Positions 17,738 through 27,304 of a stretch of DNA of 64,000 bases are shown piece after piece. A program made the position numbers and the translations under genes. This DNA is from Bacteroidaceae bacterium. GTDB lineage: Bacteria; Bacteroidota; Bacteroidia; Bacteroidales; Bacteroidaceae. The DNA is taken from assembly GCA_017472635.1 (NCBI GenBank), contig JAFUPU010000027.1:567-64566 (forward strand). Reading direction: 5' to 3'. Under the pieces are notes generated by a model. It worked only from the letters and a program-made list of their open reading frames with translations, was not told the DNA's origin and ran no database searches. Within the stretch, counting starts at the first letter, position 1. Every line of letters starts with the position of its first letter.

Positions 17738-20041
17738 TCAGTTTCCAATTACCACCTTCTGACTCAGGGTGGCATTGCCGTATACAACACGTACCAGATA
17801 GATTCCTGCAGACCATGAGTGAGTCGGAATAGAGAGGGAACTATCGCCTGCCGACAAGAGATGGGAAGCTACAAGCTGACCATTCATCGTATAAACAGAG
17901 ATGGTTGCACCCTCGCTGACTTCAGGAACTTCGACATTCAGTCCGGAACCGGTAACACCGATAGAGAGTTTACCGGCAGAGACACCCTCTACCGAAGAGG
18001 TCAACGCATAGTCTAACTCTATCTGCTCGGTAAAGAGATAGCCACGGAAGGTGGCTTTGAAAGTTACGGTATCTTTCGTCCCTACCTTCGATTCATCAAT
18101 CGGCATGGTGAAAGTGCGCTCGGTGCTGAGGGTCTCATCGCCCAAAACCCACTCATAAGCATCGTAACGGGTTCCGGCATCCAACGTAAATGTACGATTG
18201 CCGGGAGTAGCGGTAGCCATCTTACCCAAGTCGGCACCAAAATAGAATCCGACATGCGTCGGCTGGTTATAAGCGACATTCTGATAAGCCACACTGCTAC
18301 GATAGACGGGGTCTTCGAGGAACGAGTGGAAACAATACTCGATGGTATCTGTACTGAAGTAGAGACGAAGTGCCTTGTTGTCGGAAGTGCGAAGCAACAA
18401 CTCTTCACGCCAGTCGCCATACATATCTGCCACGAGACAAGGATTGGACTTGGTAGAGTTGTTGGAAGCACAGCCTGAGGCACTCAACAGGGTAGTACTG
18501 CCTCCTGACGGATATTTATATCGGGTAATGGAGGTTCCATCCTGCAGATTGCGAAGCAGGGTTCCATCCCACCAAGCAGCCATATTCATTGAGACACCGT
18601 TCGTTGATGAATTTACGATATACCCATTAATATCACGAATGCCGCCTGAACGTGAAGACCACATCTCTACACCCGGACGGGTGGGGTCTATATCAGCCGC
18701 CATACAACGTCCGACATCATCGCCACTCTTAATCTGGAAAAGGATTTTTCCGGTTGCTGCATCGCGGAAAGAGGAACCATCGGACTTGTTTTCGTGACAA
18801 GCCCATACCGCCAATTTATCGCTGGCCGGATCGAACACAGTCATGTGCATCGCATCGCCATGTCCCATACCGGTAGTATAGAGTCCCTTTCCATTGTGAT
18901 CAATGGCACATGACCCATAGATGATTTCATCGCACCCGTCACCATCCACATCACCCACACGCAAGTTGTGGTTACCTTGTCCACGATAACCACTATAACC
19001 CGAAGTGTTGCTGTCGAACACCCATTTGCGTGTCAACTCTTTACCATCCCAATCCCAAGCGGCAAGTACCGCACGGGTATAGTATCCGCGACACATCACG
19101 GCACTGGGACGCTTACCATCCAAGTAAGCCACACATGCCAAGTAACGGTCTAAGCGGTTACCATAATTGTCACCCCAACTGCTGACAGTACCACGCTGGG
19201 GATAATAGTCAACGGTCTGCATGGCGGCACCGGTCTCACCATTGAAAATAGTCATATATTCCGGACCACTCAGCACATAGCCGCTGCCATTGCGATAGTC
19301 TGCATCGGCATTGCCAATAACGGTACCGACTCCATCCACTGTAGCATCGGCTGTCTTACAAATCATTTCGGCCTTGCCATCACCGTCAAAGTCGTAAACC
19401 ATAAACTGGGTATAGTGAGCACCGGCACGGATATTTCTACCCAAGTTGATGCGCCAAAGCTTGGTACCGTCTAACTTGTAACAGTCGATATAGACATCGC
19501 CTGTATAACCGCTGTTTGAATTATCTTTTGAATTAGAAGGGTCCCACTTAAGGAAGATTTCATACTCTCCGTCGCCATCGACATCACCCACACTGGCATC
19601 GTTGGGAGAGTAACTGTAGGCACCCGACTTGTTAGTCGAGTCGGCAGGAAGGTCCATGGGAATCTCTATATATCCATTGGGAGAGTTTGCCTTCACCACT
19701 GCATCCTGACTCAAGTCGCGGCGTTCTTCACCTCCGATGACCGGGACCAAGGTATAAGGAGTATCTTTCAAATAGAAATAGTCTTTAACCAACGCTGAGT
19801 TCTTGCAGGTAGACCACATCAACTTGTCACCACTATAAATGTTGAAGGAGATATCCTGCGGGTCTGATGAGAGGTATCTCCAACTGAGGAACGAACGGGA
19901 CTGATTTACGCGAATAGCTATCAGACCACGTCCCAACTTCTCGCGCTGCATCTGCGAGAAGTCATAATTGGGCTGGGCAGACAGAGGGAGCGATTGCATT
20001 CCCCCAATTACCAACAGCAAAGCTACTAATATTTTCTTCAT
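17738..20041 (-). CDS. Rhamnogalacturonan lyase, polysaccharide lyase family 11 (YesW/YesX-like), with a T9SS-type CTD
   Basis: REKLGRGLIA, NDASVGDVDGDGEYE, GRNIRAGAHYTQF, GQGNHNL, GMGHGDAMH, QNVAYNQPTH; C-terminal AGIYLVRVVYGNATLSQKVVIGN. Confidence 0.92.
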   Translation of the reverse strand: MKKILVALLLVIGGMQSLPLSAQPNYDFSQMQREKLGRGLIAIRVNQSRSFLSWRYLSSDPQDISFNIYSGDKLMWSTCKNSALVKDYFYLKDTPYTLVPVIGGEERRDLSQDAVVKANSPNGYIEIPMDLPADSTNKSGAYSYSPNDASVGDVDGDGEYEIFLKWDPSNSKDNSNSGYTGDVYIDCYKLDGTKLWRINLGRNIRAGAHYTQFMVYDFDGDGKAEMICKTADATVDGVGTVIGNADADYRNGSGYVLSGPEYMTIFNGETGAAMQTVDYYPQRGTVSSWGDNYGNRLDRYLACVAYLDGKRPSAVMCRGYYTRAVLAAWDWDGKELTRKWVFDSNTSGYSGYRGQGNHNLRVGDVDGDGCDEIIYGSCAIDHNGKGLYTTGMGHGDAMHMTVFDPASDKLAVWACHENKSDGSSFRDAATGKILFQIKSGDDVGRCMAADIDPTRPGVEMWSSRSGGIRDINGYIVNSSTNGVSMNMAAWWDGTLLRNLQDGTSITRYKYPSGGSTTLLSASGCASNNSTKSNPCLVADMYGDWREELLLRTSDNKALRLYFSTDTIEYCFHSFLEDPVYRSSVAYQNVAYNQPTHVGFYFGADLGKMATATPGNRTFTLDAGTRYDAYEWVLGDETLSTERTFTMPIDESKVGTKDTVTFKATFRGYLFTEQIELDYALTSSVEGVSAGKLSIGVTGSGLNVEVPEVSEGATISVYTMNGQLVASHLLSAGDSSLSIPTHSWSAGIYLVRVVYGNATLSQKVVIGN

Positions 20042-20117
20042 ATCTACGTATTTCTGTTTATATTCAAGTTTTGTCGGAGGGCAAAGAGAGTTTATCTCAA
20101 TGAGTCTTATTCAGTGT

Positions 20118-20179
20118 TTAGGCACAGACTACACGGATTACACGGCACACCGTGTCAAACTCGCATAATCCATGCCTAA
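20118..20179. repeat. Degenerate second copy of the CACGGATT REP-like element
   Basis: TTAGGCACAGACTACACGGATTACACGG...CATAATCCATGCCTAA resembles 17612-17682. Confidence 0.6.
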
Positions 20180-20184
20180 TGCAT

Positions 20185-20226
20185 AAAAAGAGCCGAAAAC
20201 CAGGCAGCTACCGGCTCCGGCTCTTT
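20185..20226 (-). terminator. Intrinsic terminator after the second susD
   Basis: Minus strand AAAGAGCCGGAGCCGG...CCTGGTTTTCGGCTCTTTTT. Confidence 0.7.
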
Positions 20227-20251
20227 ATTATTTGGTTTGTGTATTACCTAA

Positions 20252-22084
20252 TTATTCAAGCGGCAAGAACCAGTTCTCTTCGCCTCCAACATAGGGATTT
20301 GTACGACCATTCAGTTCATACTTACCTTGCATAACGGCTTCCATATAATCATCACCGCTCATAGGAGTCAGCGTCATGTCTTCACGCAACATACGCTCAA
20401 CATTCATACGATGGGCTACACGTACCAAGTCGGGGAAACGGTTACCTTCAAATGCACACTCGAGAGCCAACTCATCAATAATGATGTGTTCCATGACAAG
20501 CATTGAATCTCCCAAAGTAGTACACTCAGACAATTTCTTGTCTACGAAAGCAGATACATCCTGGTTGTTCAATGCAGCACGTCCACGGATACCACGGCTT
20601 GTACGCCATGGTTCACGACGATATCCATAGATGGTATTTGCCGCAGTCTGTGAAGTTGCGAAATAGAACGGTTCGCCTGTCAAGCCACCTTGTACCGGAG
20701 TCTCTTCTGAACCAATAATCAGATATCCTTCAGTACGAGTATATGAGTTCTGGCTATATCCAACACCCTGATTCAACAGAGCTGCAGCCAAGTGAGGTTG
20801 TCCCAAACGGTTGATAGCTTCGCAATAACGCAAGTGAAGCAGTCCGGCACGATAGAGGAACAAACGACCTTCTTTCTCATACGGAACCAACGGATCGTAG
20901 TGATAGAGATACTTGGCAACAACGTTACCCTCGGGAGATTCGCTATAAGAGCAATCAACACCACGAGCATCGTAGGGGAAACCGTTTTTCATCACCTGGT
21001 TATTCCACAAGCTGTCAACAACATAGTCAGAAGGCTTCAGCTGATAACTACCACCATCGGCCGTTGTTGCAAACAGGTCGATAAAAGGATAAACCGGTTC
21101 GTAAGCAGCATCAAAGGTAGGAGTCCAAACCCACTCATAGGGGATACGGCGCTCAGTCACTACAGATGAGAACATGTCAACCCATTGATTGTTGAATGCA
21201 ACGGTATTATCCTCTTGATAACGCAAGAAGAAAATCTGATGATGATCTTTATAGTTACTTGCAGTTGTCCAAGTATCCTGTCCGGTACACTTGTAATAGA
21301 GGTTGTTTTGAGTTGCATCAGCATCGTTGTTATAGTCCATCAGACTCTTATATTGAAGAGCAGCTTCGAGATACTGACCATCCCAAAGATAGAGGTCACC
21401 CATCAGGAACTTCTTGTTGATGAAGAAGAGTCCCAAGTTATATCCGTCCAATGTATTCTGGACAAGGCTTGCCTCTGAATAAGGTTCCAACAAAATCTTG
21501 TCGCCTGTAACCGTAGTGCTGGTCATATCTGCAATCAGCTGATCCACCATGCCGTCGATGTCCAACATGTTGGGTGAATTCTTCAAGTCTTCTACCGAAA
21601 CAACGGGTTCGCTGATATAGGGAACCTTACCAAATTGTGCAACCAAGTTGAGGTATACATAAGAACGAAGAGCCATCACGTCAGAATAACGCTCCAAGAA
21701 CTGTGTCTCGGTCAGGCTATTTTCCTTATACATTTTCTCAAAGTTAGCCAACACATCATTACAGTTGTTGATAACATTATAGTAGGGAGTCGGGTCGGTA
21801 TAGATATTATCCTTTGAAGGGTTGACAGCATCAACCTCTTGCAATGCGATTGAAGAGTTTGTTGTCAAATCCATCAAGTCTCCTCTCAACTCATTAAGCA
21901 CTACCATTTGTCCGGCAAGTTGGAAGAAAGATGAGTATACACCCAACACAGCATTGTCAGCATCTGACACTGTGCTGTAGTGCTCATCATATTCCAGTGC
22001 ATCATCAATATCAGCATCCACACAAGCAGTGAAGCTCAATGCGCCGGCAAGAACCAAGGAGGTTACATATTGAAATTTTTTCAT
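20252..22084 (-). CDS. susD: SusD/RagB family lipoprotein
   Basis: Lipobox FTAC; LNELRGD, YYNVINNCN, LYRAGLLHLRYCEA, ELALECAFEGNRFPDLVR; directly downstream of a SusC. Confidence 0.9.
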   Translation of the reverse strand: MKKFQYVTSLVLAGALSFTACVDADIDDALEYDEHYSTVSDADNAVLGVYSSFFQLAGQMVVLNELRGDLMDLTTNSSIALQEVDAVNPSKDNIYTDPTPYYNVINNCNDVLANFEKMYKENSLTETQFLERYSDVMALRSYVYLNLVAQFGKVPYISEPVVSVEDLKNSPNMLDIDGMVDQLIADMTSTTVTGDKILLEPYSEASLVQNTLDGYNLGLFFINKKFLMGDLYLWDGQYLEAALQYKSLMDYNNDADATQNNLYYKCTGQDTWTTASNYKDHHQIFFLRYQEDNTVAFNNQWVDMFSSVVTERRIPYEWVWTPTFDAAYEPVYPFIDLFATTADGGSYQLKPSDYVVDSLWNNQVMKNGFPYDARGVDCSYSESPEGNVVAKYLYHYDPLVPYEKEGRLFLYRAGLLHLRYCEAINRLGQPHLAAALLNQGVGYSQNSYTRTEGYLIIGSEETPVQGGLTGEPFYFATSQTAANTIYGYRREPWRTSRGIRGRAALNNQDVSAFVDKKLSECTTLGDSMLVMEHIIIDELALECAFEGNRFPDLVRVAHRMNVERMLREDMTLTPMSGDDYMEAVMQGKYELNGRTNPYVGGEENWFLPLE

Positions 22085-22182
22085 ATTACTTTTAATTTTA
22101 AGTTTTTAAGTTGTAAGTTTGTGAATCTCAGCCTTGTCTGTCATCAGGCAAAAGCCCAGACCCACAAACCAATAAACTCATA

Positions 22183-25100
22183 TTACAATCCCACTTTCAC
22201 ACCCAGATAGAATGTACATGTATGCGGAGTGGTATAAGCATCCACGCCATAGTACAATGGGTTAACTGATGTACTGATCACTTCGGGGTCATATCCCTTA
22301 TATTTTGTCAGCGTGAACAGATTTTCAACGGCACCATAGACAACCAGGTCGGTCAACACCTCTGAACGCAAAGGAATGTCGTAAGAGAGTGTTACATTCT
22401 TCAACTTCAAGAATGAACCATCCTCAATCCAACGGTCAGAGAAGCGTGCATTACCCATGGGGTCTCCATAAGCCAACTTAGGCATGTTGGTAACCTGACC
22501 TTCTACCTGCCAACGGTTCAACACGGCTTCAGTCTGGTTTTGGTATCCGCTCATTGACTCTAATTGACTACGAGTATAGTTGTAAACATCGTTACCCAAA
22601 GAGTACTTGAATTGAGCAGAGAGGTTGAAACGCTTAACCTTCAAGTTCGTATGAATAGCACCATAGATATCGGGAGTCGGATCACCAATGATTTGCATAT
22701 CCTTCTCGTCAATCAAGTTATCGCCATCGGCACTGTAGTGGTTCTCAAAACGAACATCACCAGCCTGGAACGGGGTCTTTTCTGTACCAATCATCGTGTA
22801 GAGTTGGTTTTCTTGCGCCTCTTCAGTAGTGCTGTATACACCATTGGTCTTGTATCCATAGAATACGCCCAAGGGACTACCGACCTGAGTACGGACTGTT
22901 CCACCTGCAACTTCTGTATTGAAGGCTCCGGTCTTCAACCAAGTAACTTCATTCTTGTTGTGTGAAACGGTTACTCCCAAATCCCACTTAACGGCTTTGG
23001 TATCGATCAAACGTCCGTTAGCAGTCACGTCAAAACCAATGTTCTCCATTTCACCACCGTTATCGATGTAACGTGTGAAACCACTCCAATAAGGAGCATC
23101 AGAGTAAACCAACATATCGGTTACCTTATTCATATAGAAGTCAGCACTCAAGGTCAAAGCCTCGTTGAAGAAAGCCATATCCAAACCTACATTGAACTTG
23201 GTCATACGTTCAGGTTTCAAATTGTCATTCATCAAACCACCGCGAACCAAGCCATAGTTACCCAAGAAAGGTGAAGCTACGTAGTAACGCGAAGCGGCAT
23301 AGTTACCAATGTTATCGTTACCGGCAACTGTGTATCCGGCACGAATTTTCAACATGTCAACCCAATCGGCCTTGAACCACTTCTCAGAAGAGATCAACCA
23401 AGCAGCAGTGATAGAAGGATAGAGTTGGAATGCGCTTACTTCTTCTCCGTAACGTGATGAAGCATCAGCAGACAACACTGCGTCAACAAAATATTTGTTA
23501 TAGAGATTGTAACCTACATTGGCATAGAAAGCCATCCAATTCCACTTGCCAAGGGCACCACTGGTAACAGAGAGGTTAGCATCACCCGAGCCGATAGAGG
23601 TATAGTAGTTGCTCGGTGCATTATAGCTTTGACCGAAGTCATTCTCTGCGCGGTTGCTCATGTAACGGAAACCAAGGGTTGCATTCAACTTATGGTCATG
23701 TGCAAAATCCCAAGTATAGGTCAAACGGTTTTCATCGAACATGGTAAACAGACGTTCTACACGGTGTTGTGCATTCGTTGTAACCTCAGCCATTGCTATA
23801 TTCTCATAAGGAATACCGCCTTTGGGATAGAACAACTCTTCACGTTCTTTGTTGAAGTTGATACCAAAGTTGGTAGTGAAGGTCAAGTTCTTTGCCAATT
23901 CAGCTGTCAAGTCGATACTACCGATGAAACGATAGAATGTATTCTCTGAATTTACACCTTGAGTAATCACAGTAGGGTTAGCTGCACCAAAGAAGTCTAC
24001 ATCTTCAAAGTTAGGTGAACTTTGTCCTAACTCATTCATTACATGAGAGGTAGTGAATGGAGCCTTAACCAACGCTGAATAAATCGGATTCTTGACAGAA
24101 GCACTACCTTCGTTAGTCAACTCTTTGCTACCGTAAACGAAGCTCATGTTTGCATTTACACGCAACTTGTCAGTAAACTTGATACCGGTGTTGATACGTG
24201 CATTGAAACGGTCATAGCTGTTTCCTTCAATCACTCCGTCTTTCATCAAATATCCCAAAGACAAGCCGTAAACAGCCACTTCATCACCTCCGGATACATC
24301 CAATGAATATTGTTGTTTGAATGCCTCTTGGAACACGTCGTCTTGCCAATCGGTATTTTGGTTATAACGATAATAATCGGTATTTCCTGAATAGCCCCAT
24401 TTCTCAGCTACAGGAATTTCATCGTTTACGAAAGGCAATTGCTGAATCTGGTTAGAGGTATAGTTGCCTGTATTCTTTGCCACTTCAGTCAGATAACGTT
24501 TAGCGTCAGCAACTCCCAATACAGGAATCTTGTTGGGTTGCAATGACAAGCCACCCATAGCCTGCACATTGATGCGGGTAGAGAGGTCAGTCACACGCTT
24601 TGTCTGAATCAAGATAGCACCATTAGCACCTTTAGCACCATACAAGGCAGAAGCATCGCGCAACACTGTGATGCGGTCGATATCCTTTACGTTGATAGCG
24701 CCCATCGGGGTTGATACATATCCTTCAATCAAAGATGCACCAAACTGTACATTCTCCAACACCATTCCATCGACAATCAACAACGGCTGGTTGCCTGCAT
24801 GCAATGAATTGAATCCGCGCAAGAACATGTTTGAGCCTGAACCTTCCATACCGGAACGCTCAATCACGTTAAGACCGGCAACAGTACCCAACAGATTCTC
24901 GGGCATATCACCTACCTCTGTTTCACGACTCTTGTCCAAGAACACGGCAGAAGAGGTCAAATGACTGTTGTTCACCATACCAGTAGGAGTCAACACCTCT
25001 TTATATACAGAAGCATCAAATCCTTCAGCCTGCATTCTAATTTCAATCTCTGTACGGCCTTTCAAAGCGATGCGTTTTGCCTGATAAAGCGGACCGCTTA

Positions 25101-25335
25101 CAGTCAGTTCTACATCGTATGAAGGAACTTTCAGTTTGAAAGTACCATCATCGCCAGTCATGGCCGCACTAACACCGGGTACAGCAACACTGATACCTGG
25201 GAGCGGAGATGCATTTTCAGTTGAAAGCACACGTCCGGTCAGTTCCAAAGCAGCCTCTTGTGCCTGCGCCGGCATCCAGCCGAACAATCCCAAGCACAAT
25301 ACTAAGAATACTATTTTATTTATTTTCTGTATCAT
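22183..25335 (-). CDS. susC: SusC/RagA TonB-dependent transporter
   Basis: PLLIVDG, DIDRITVLRDASALYGAKGANGAILIQTK plug motif; SDRWIEDGSFLKLKNVTLSY; C-terminal GVKVGL. Confidence 0.95.
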   Translation of the reverse strand: MIQKINKIVFLVLCLGLFGWMPAQAQEAALELTGRVLSTENASPLPGISVAVPGVSAAMTGDDGTFKLKVPSYDVELTVSGPLYQAKRIALKGRTEIEIRMQAEGFDASVYKEVLTPTGMVNNSHLTSSAVFLDKSRETEVGDMPENLLGTVAGLNVIERSGMEGSGSNMFLRGFNSLHAGNQPLLIVDGMVLENVQFGASLIEGYVSTPMGAINVKDIDRITVLRDASALYGAKGANGAILIQTKRVTDLSTRINVQAMGGLSLQPNKIPVLGVADAKRYLTEVAKNTGNYTSNQIQQLPFVNDEIPVAEKWGYSGNTDYYRYNQNTDWQDDVFQEAFKQQYSLDVSGGDEVAVYGLSLGYLMKDGVIEGNSYDRFNARINTGIKFTDKLRVNANMSFVYGSKELTNEGSASVKNPIYSALVKAPFTTSHVMNELGQSSPNFEDVDFFGAANPTVITQGVNSENTFYRFIGSIDLTAELAKNLTFTTNFGINFNKEREELFYPKGGIPYENIAMAEVTTNAQHRVERLFTMFDENRLTYTWDFAHDHKLNATLGFRYMSNRAENDFGQSYNAPSNYYTSIGSGDANLSVTSGALGKWNWMAFYANVGYNLYNKYFVDAVLSADASSRYGEEVSAFQLYPSITAAWLISSEKWFKADWVDMLKIRAGYTVAGNDNIGNYAASRYYVASPFLGNYGLVRGGLMNDNLKPERMTKFNVGLDMAFFNEALTLSADFYMNKVTDMLVYSDAPYWSGFTRYIDNGGEMENIGFDVTANGRLIDTKAVKWDLGVTVSHNKNEVTWLKTGAFNTEVAGGTVRTQVGSPLGVFYGYKTNGVYSTTEEAQENQLYTMIGTEKTPFQAGDVRFENHYSADGDNLIDEKDMQIIGDPTPDIYGAIHTNLKVKRFNLSAQFKYSLGNDVYNYTRSQLESMSGYQNQTEAVLNRWQVEGQVTNMPKLAYGDPMGNARFSDRWIEDGSFLKLKNVTLSYDIPLRSEVLTDLVVYGAVENLFTLTKYKGYDPEVISTSVNPLYYGVDAYTTPHTCTFYLGVKVGL

Positions 25336-25364
25336 AACTTTACGATTTGTAAGTGGTCACTTTT

Positions 25365-27209
25365 TTATTCGTCTTCAGCAATTACGGGCACAAAGCGGAT
25401 GTAATCCAAGAACATCATACCATTGTTCTGGTCAGCACCGTCATCGGCCTCAGGTGAATTGGTAACGAAGATATCGATATCACACTCGTTTTTAATGTTC
25501 AGATAGTCTTTGGCAGGACGCATCGGAAGTTTCGGGTCATAACGGAAAGCAATCGGACTACCCAATGCTTGATAAGGTTCAGAAGCACCATACCAAATCA
25601 ATTGTTGCTCCATACCGATTACACCTGCATTCACTCCGGGAACCGGTGTCTTCAAATCAATATCAGCAGCAGGAATACCAGCCATCACCTTTGCTGAACC
25701 ATTCTTTTTATAGTTAGCAATATAACCGGTACCTGAAACTCCGGCATTATCTACACCATAAACCAGGTTCTTACCCTCTTCACCGATGTACATCTTCATC
25801 ACACAACGATAAACAGATGCACAAGGCTTGTTGGGTTCGTTCGGGTCAAAGTCAAAGTCTAATGTATCACCGGCATAGTGACCTGCGATGTCGTTGTTTG
25901 ACATCCAGTATACCTCATAGCTGCAAGAATAGAGGTGCGGACGATACTCCAAGTATGAGTTGATATCCTTACCGCAACGTGCCAACGAACCATCGTTGGT
26001 TGCACTCGTATAAGAGAATGCCTTATCACCAGAAGGATACGTATGGGTATAAGTGGTATCGCGTCCGTCGATGGTATCATTTACCACCCATGAGCTTGTA
26101 GCAGCAGGAACCAAAGCACGACCGATGAACATCACGTCGCGACCACCCATTGCATGGTCACGCAGGCGAACGAATGTATGATCATTACTGCGTGTTCTGA
26201 GGTAATCTTCACCTTGGATAATAACCTCCTTGATTTTGTTGTTCTTGATACGTACATTCACACCGCTTTGGAATTTCAACACCTTACCGTTTGAAGCGAT
26301 GATCTCTTCTGAAGGAGTTTCAGTTACTTCCAATTTCACTCCTGTTGCAGCAGAAACAAATTCAGCGCTTTCACTTTCATACTGGCAAATAAGGTCATAT
26401 ACCAAGCTCTGTGCAGCAGCAGCATAAGTCAATGTACTATCAGCATCGTCATTCAACTGATACATATACTTGGTATACTTCTTCTGAATAGCTTTGAAGT
26501 TTTCATTCTCAAGCAATACCAATGTATAGAGTGAATCTTCATTATTGATAGCGATTGAATCCAAATAAGGGTTCTGATACATCCAAACAGTATCATACAC
26601 CGGCAGACCGGTAGTTGCATCTACTCCTAACTGAATGCTCTTGGTCGGATCCATCACTGAGTCACCGGCGTTGTAGATAATAGCTGCCATCTCATAGTTG
26701 TCTTTCTCTTTAGAGATAATTTCATAGAGATTGTCTTTAGGCAACACCACATTTGAGGCAATACGCAAAATACCATTAGCGCACAATGTCTCCTCGTCAC
26801 CCAATTGGATAGACTCGAGCAACAGGCTCTTACCGTTCACCATCATTAAGTTGCTACCCAATTCTCCGGCACGATATGCAAGCAGTGCTATATGGTTACG
26901 CACGATGTCACGGTGCTTCAAGCTATCTTCAACCGTACCCCAAGCATCATACTCTTGCAACGCATTATTATCAGGAGCAAACACCGTATAGGTTTTGTTT
27001 CCTGCCAAGACTTTGTCATACCCGGTTTCCGCCAACATCTTAGAGAAGATGGAAAGGTCGGCATTGCTTACAATGGCATCATAGACATTGCCTGACAATT
27101 CTTTTTCCTTGATTTGTGTGTGGTCATCCCATTGGTCATTACAGCTCATCATCAACGAACCTGACATAGCCAACAGCCCTGACACACGCAATATATTTTT
27201 TAACTTCAT
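25365..27209 (-). CDS. Fasciclin-like domain lipoprotein (PUL surface protein)
   Basis: Lipobox MMSC; YTVFAPDNNAL, ANGILR and ASNGKV fasciclin-like motifs. Confidence 0.75.
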   Translation of the reverse strand: MKLKNILRVSGLLAMSGSLMMSCNDQWDDHTQIKEKELSGNVYDAIVSNADLSIFSKMLAETGYDKVLAGNKTYTVFAPDNNALQEYDAWGTVEDSLKHRDIVRNHIALLAYRAGELGSNLMMVNGKSLLLESIQLGDEETLCANGILRIASNVVLPKDNLYEIISKEKDNYEMAAIIYNAGDSVMDPTKSIQLGVDATTGLPVYDTVWMYQNPYLDSIAINNEDSLYTLVLLENENFKAIQKKYTKYMYQLNDDADSTLTYAAAAQSLVYDLICQYESESAEFVSAATGVKLEVTETPSEEIIASNGKVLKFQSGVNVRIKNNKIKEVIIQGEDYLRTRSNDHTFVRLRDHAMGGRDVMFIGRALVPAATSSWVVNDTIDGRDTTYTHTYPSGDKAFSYTSATNDGSLARCGKDINSYLEYRPHLYSCSYEVYWMSNNDIAGHYAGDTLDFDFDPNEPNKPCASVYRCVMKMYIGEEGKNLVYGVDNAGVSGTGYIANYKKNGSAKVMAGIPAADIDLKTPVPGVNAGVIGMEQQLIWYGASEPYQALGSPIAFRYDPKLPMRPAKDYLNIKNECDIDIFVTNSPEADDGADQNNGMMFLDYIRFVPVIAEDE

Positions 27210-27304
27210 ACTACTTTTATTTTATATTTAAAGTTCAGATGTTTTAAAGTCTCCTAAGGACCTCACCCGAAGAGGGAGATCCTCAGGATTCTCCTTTACT
27301 CTTT

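Noticed and set aside
22090-22180. Short TTTAAGTT-like microrepeats between susC and susD
   Set aside because: Low-complexity intergenic sequence with no supportable function.
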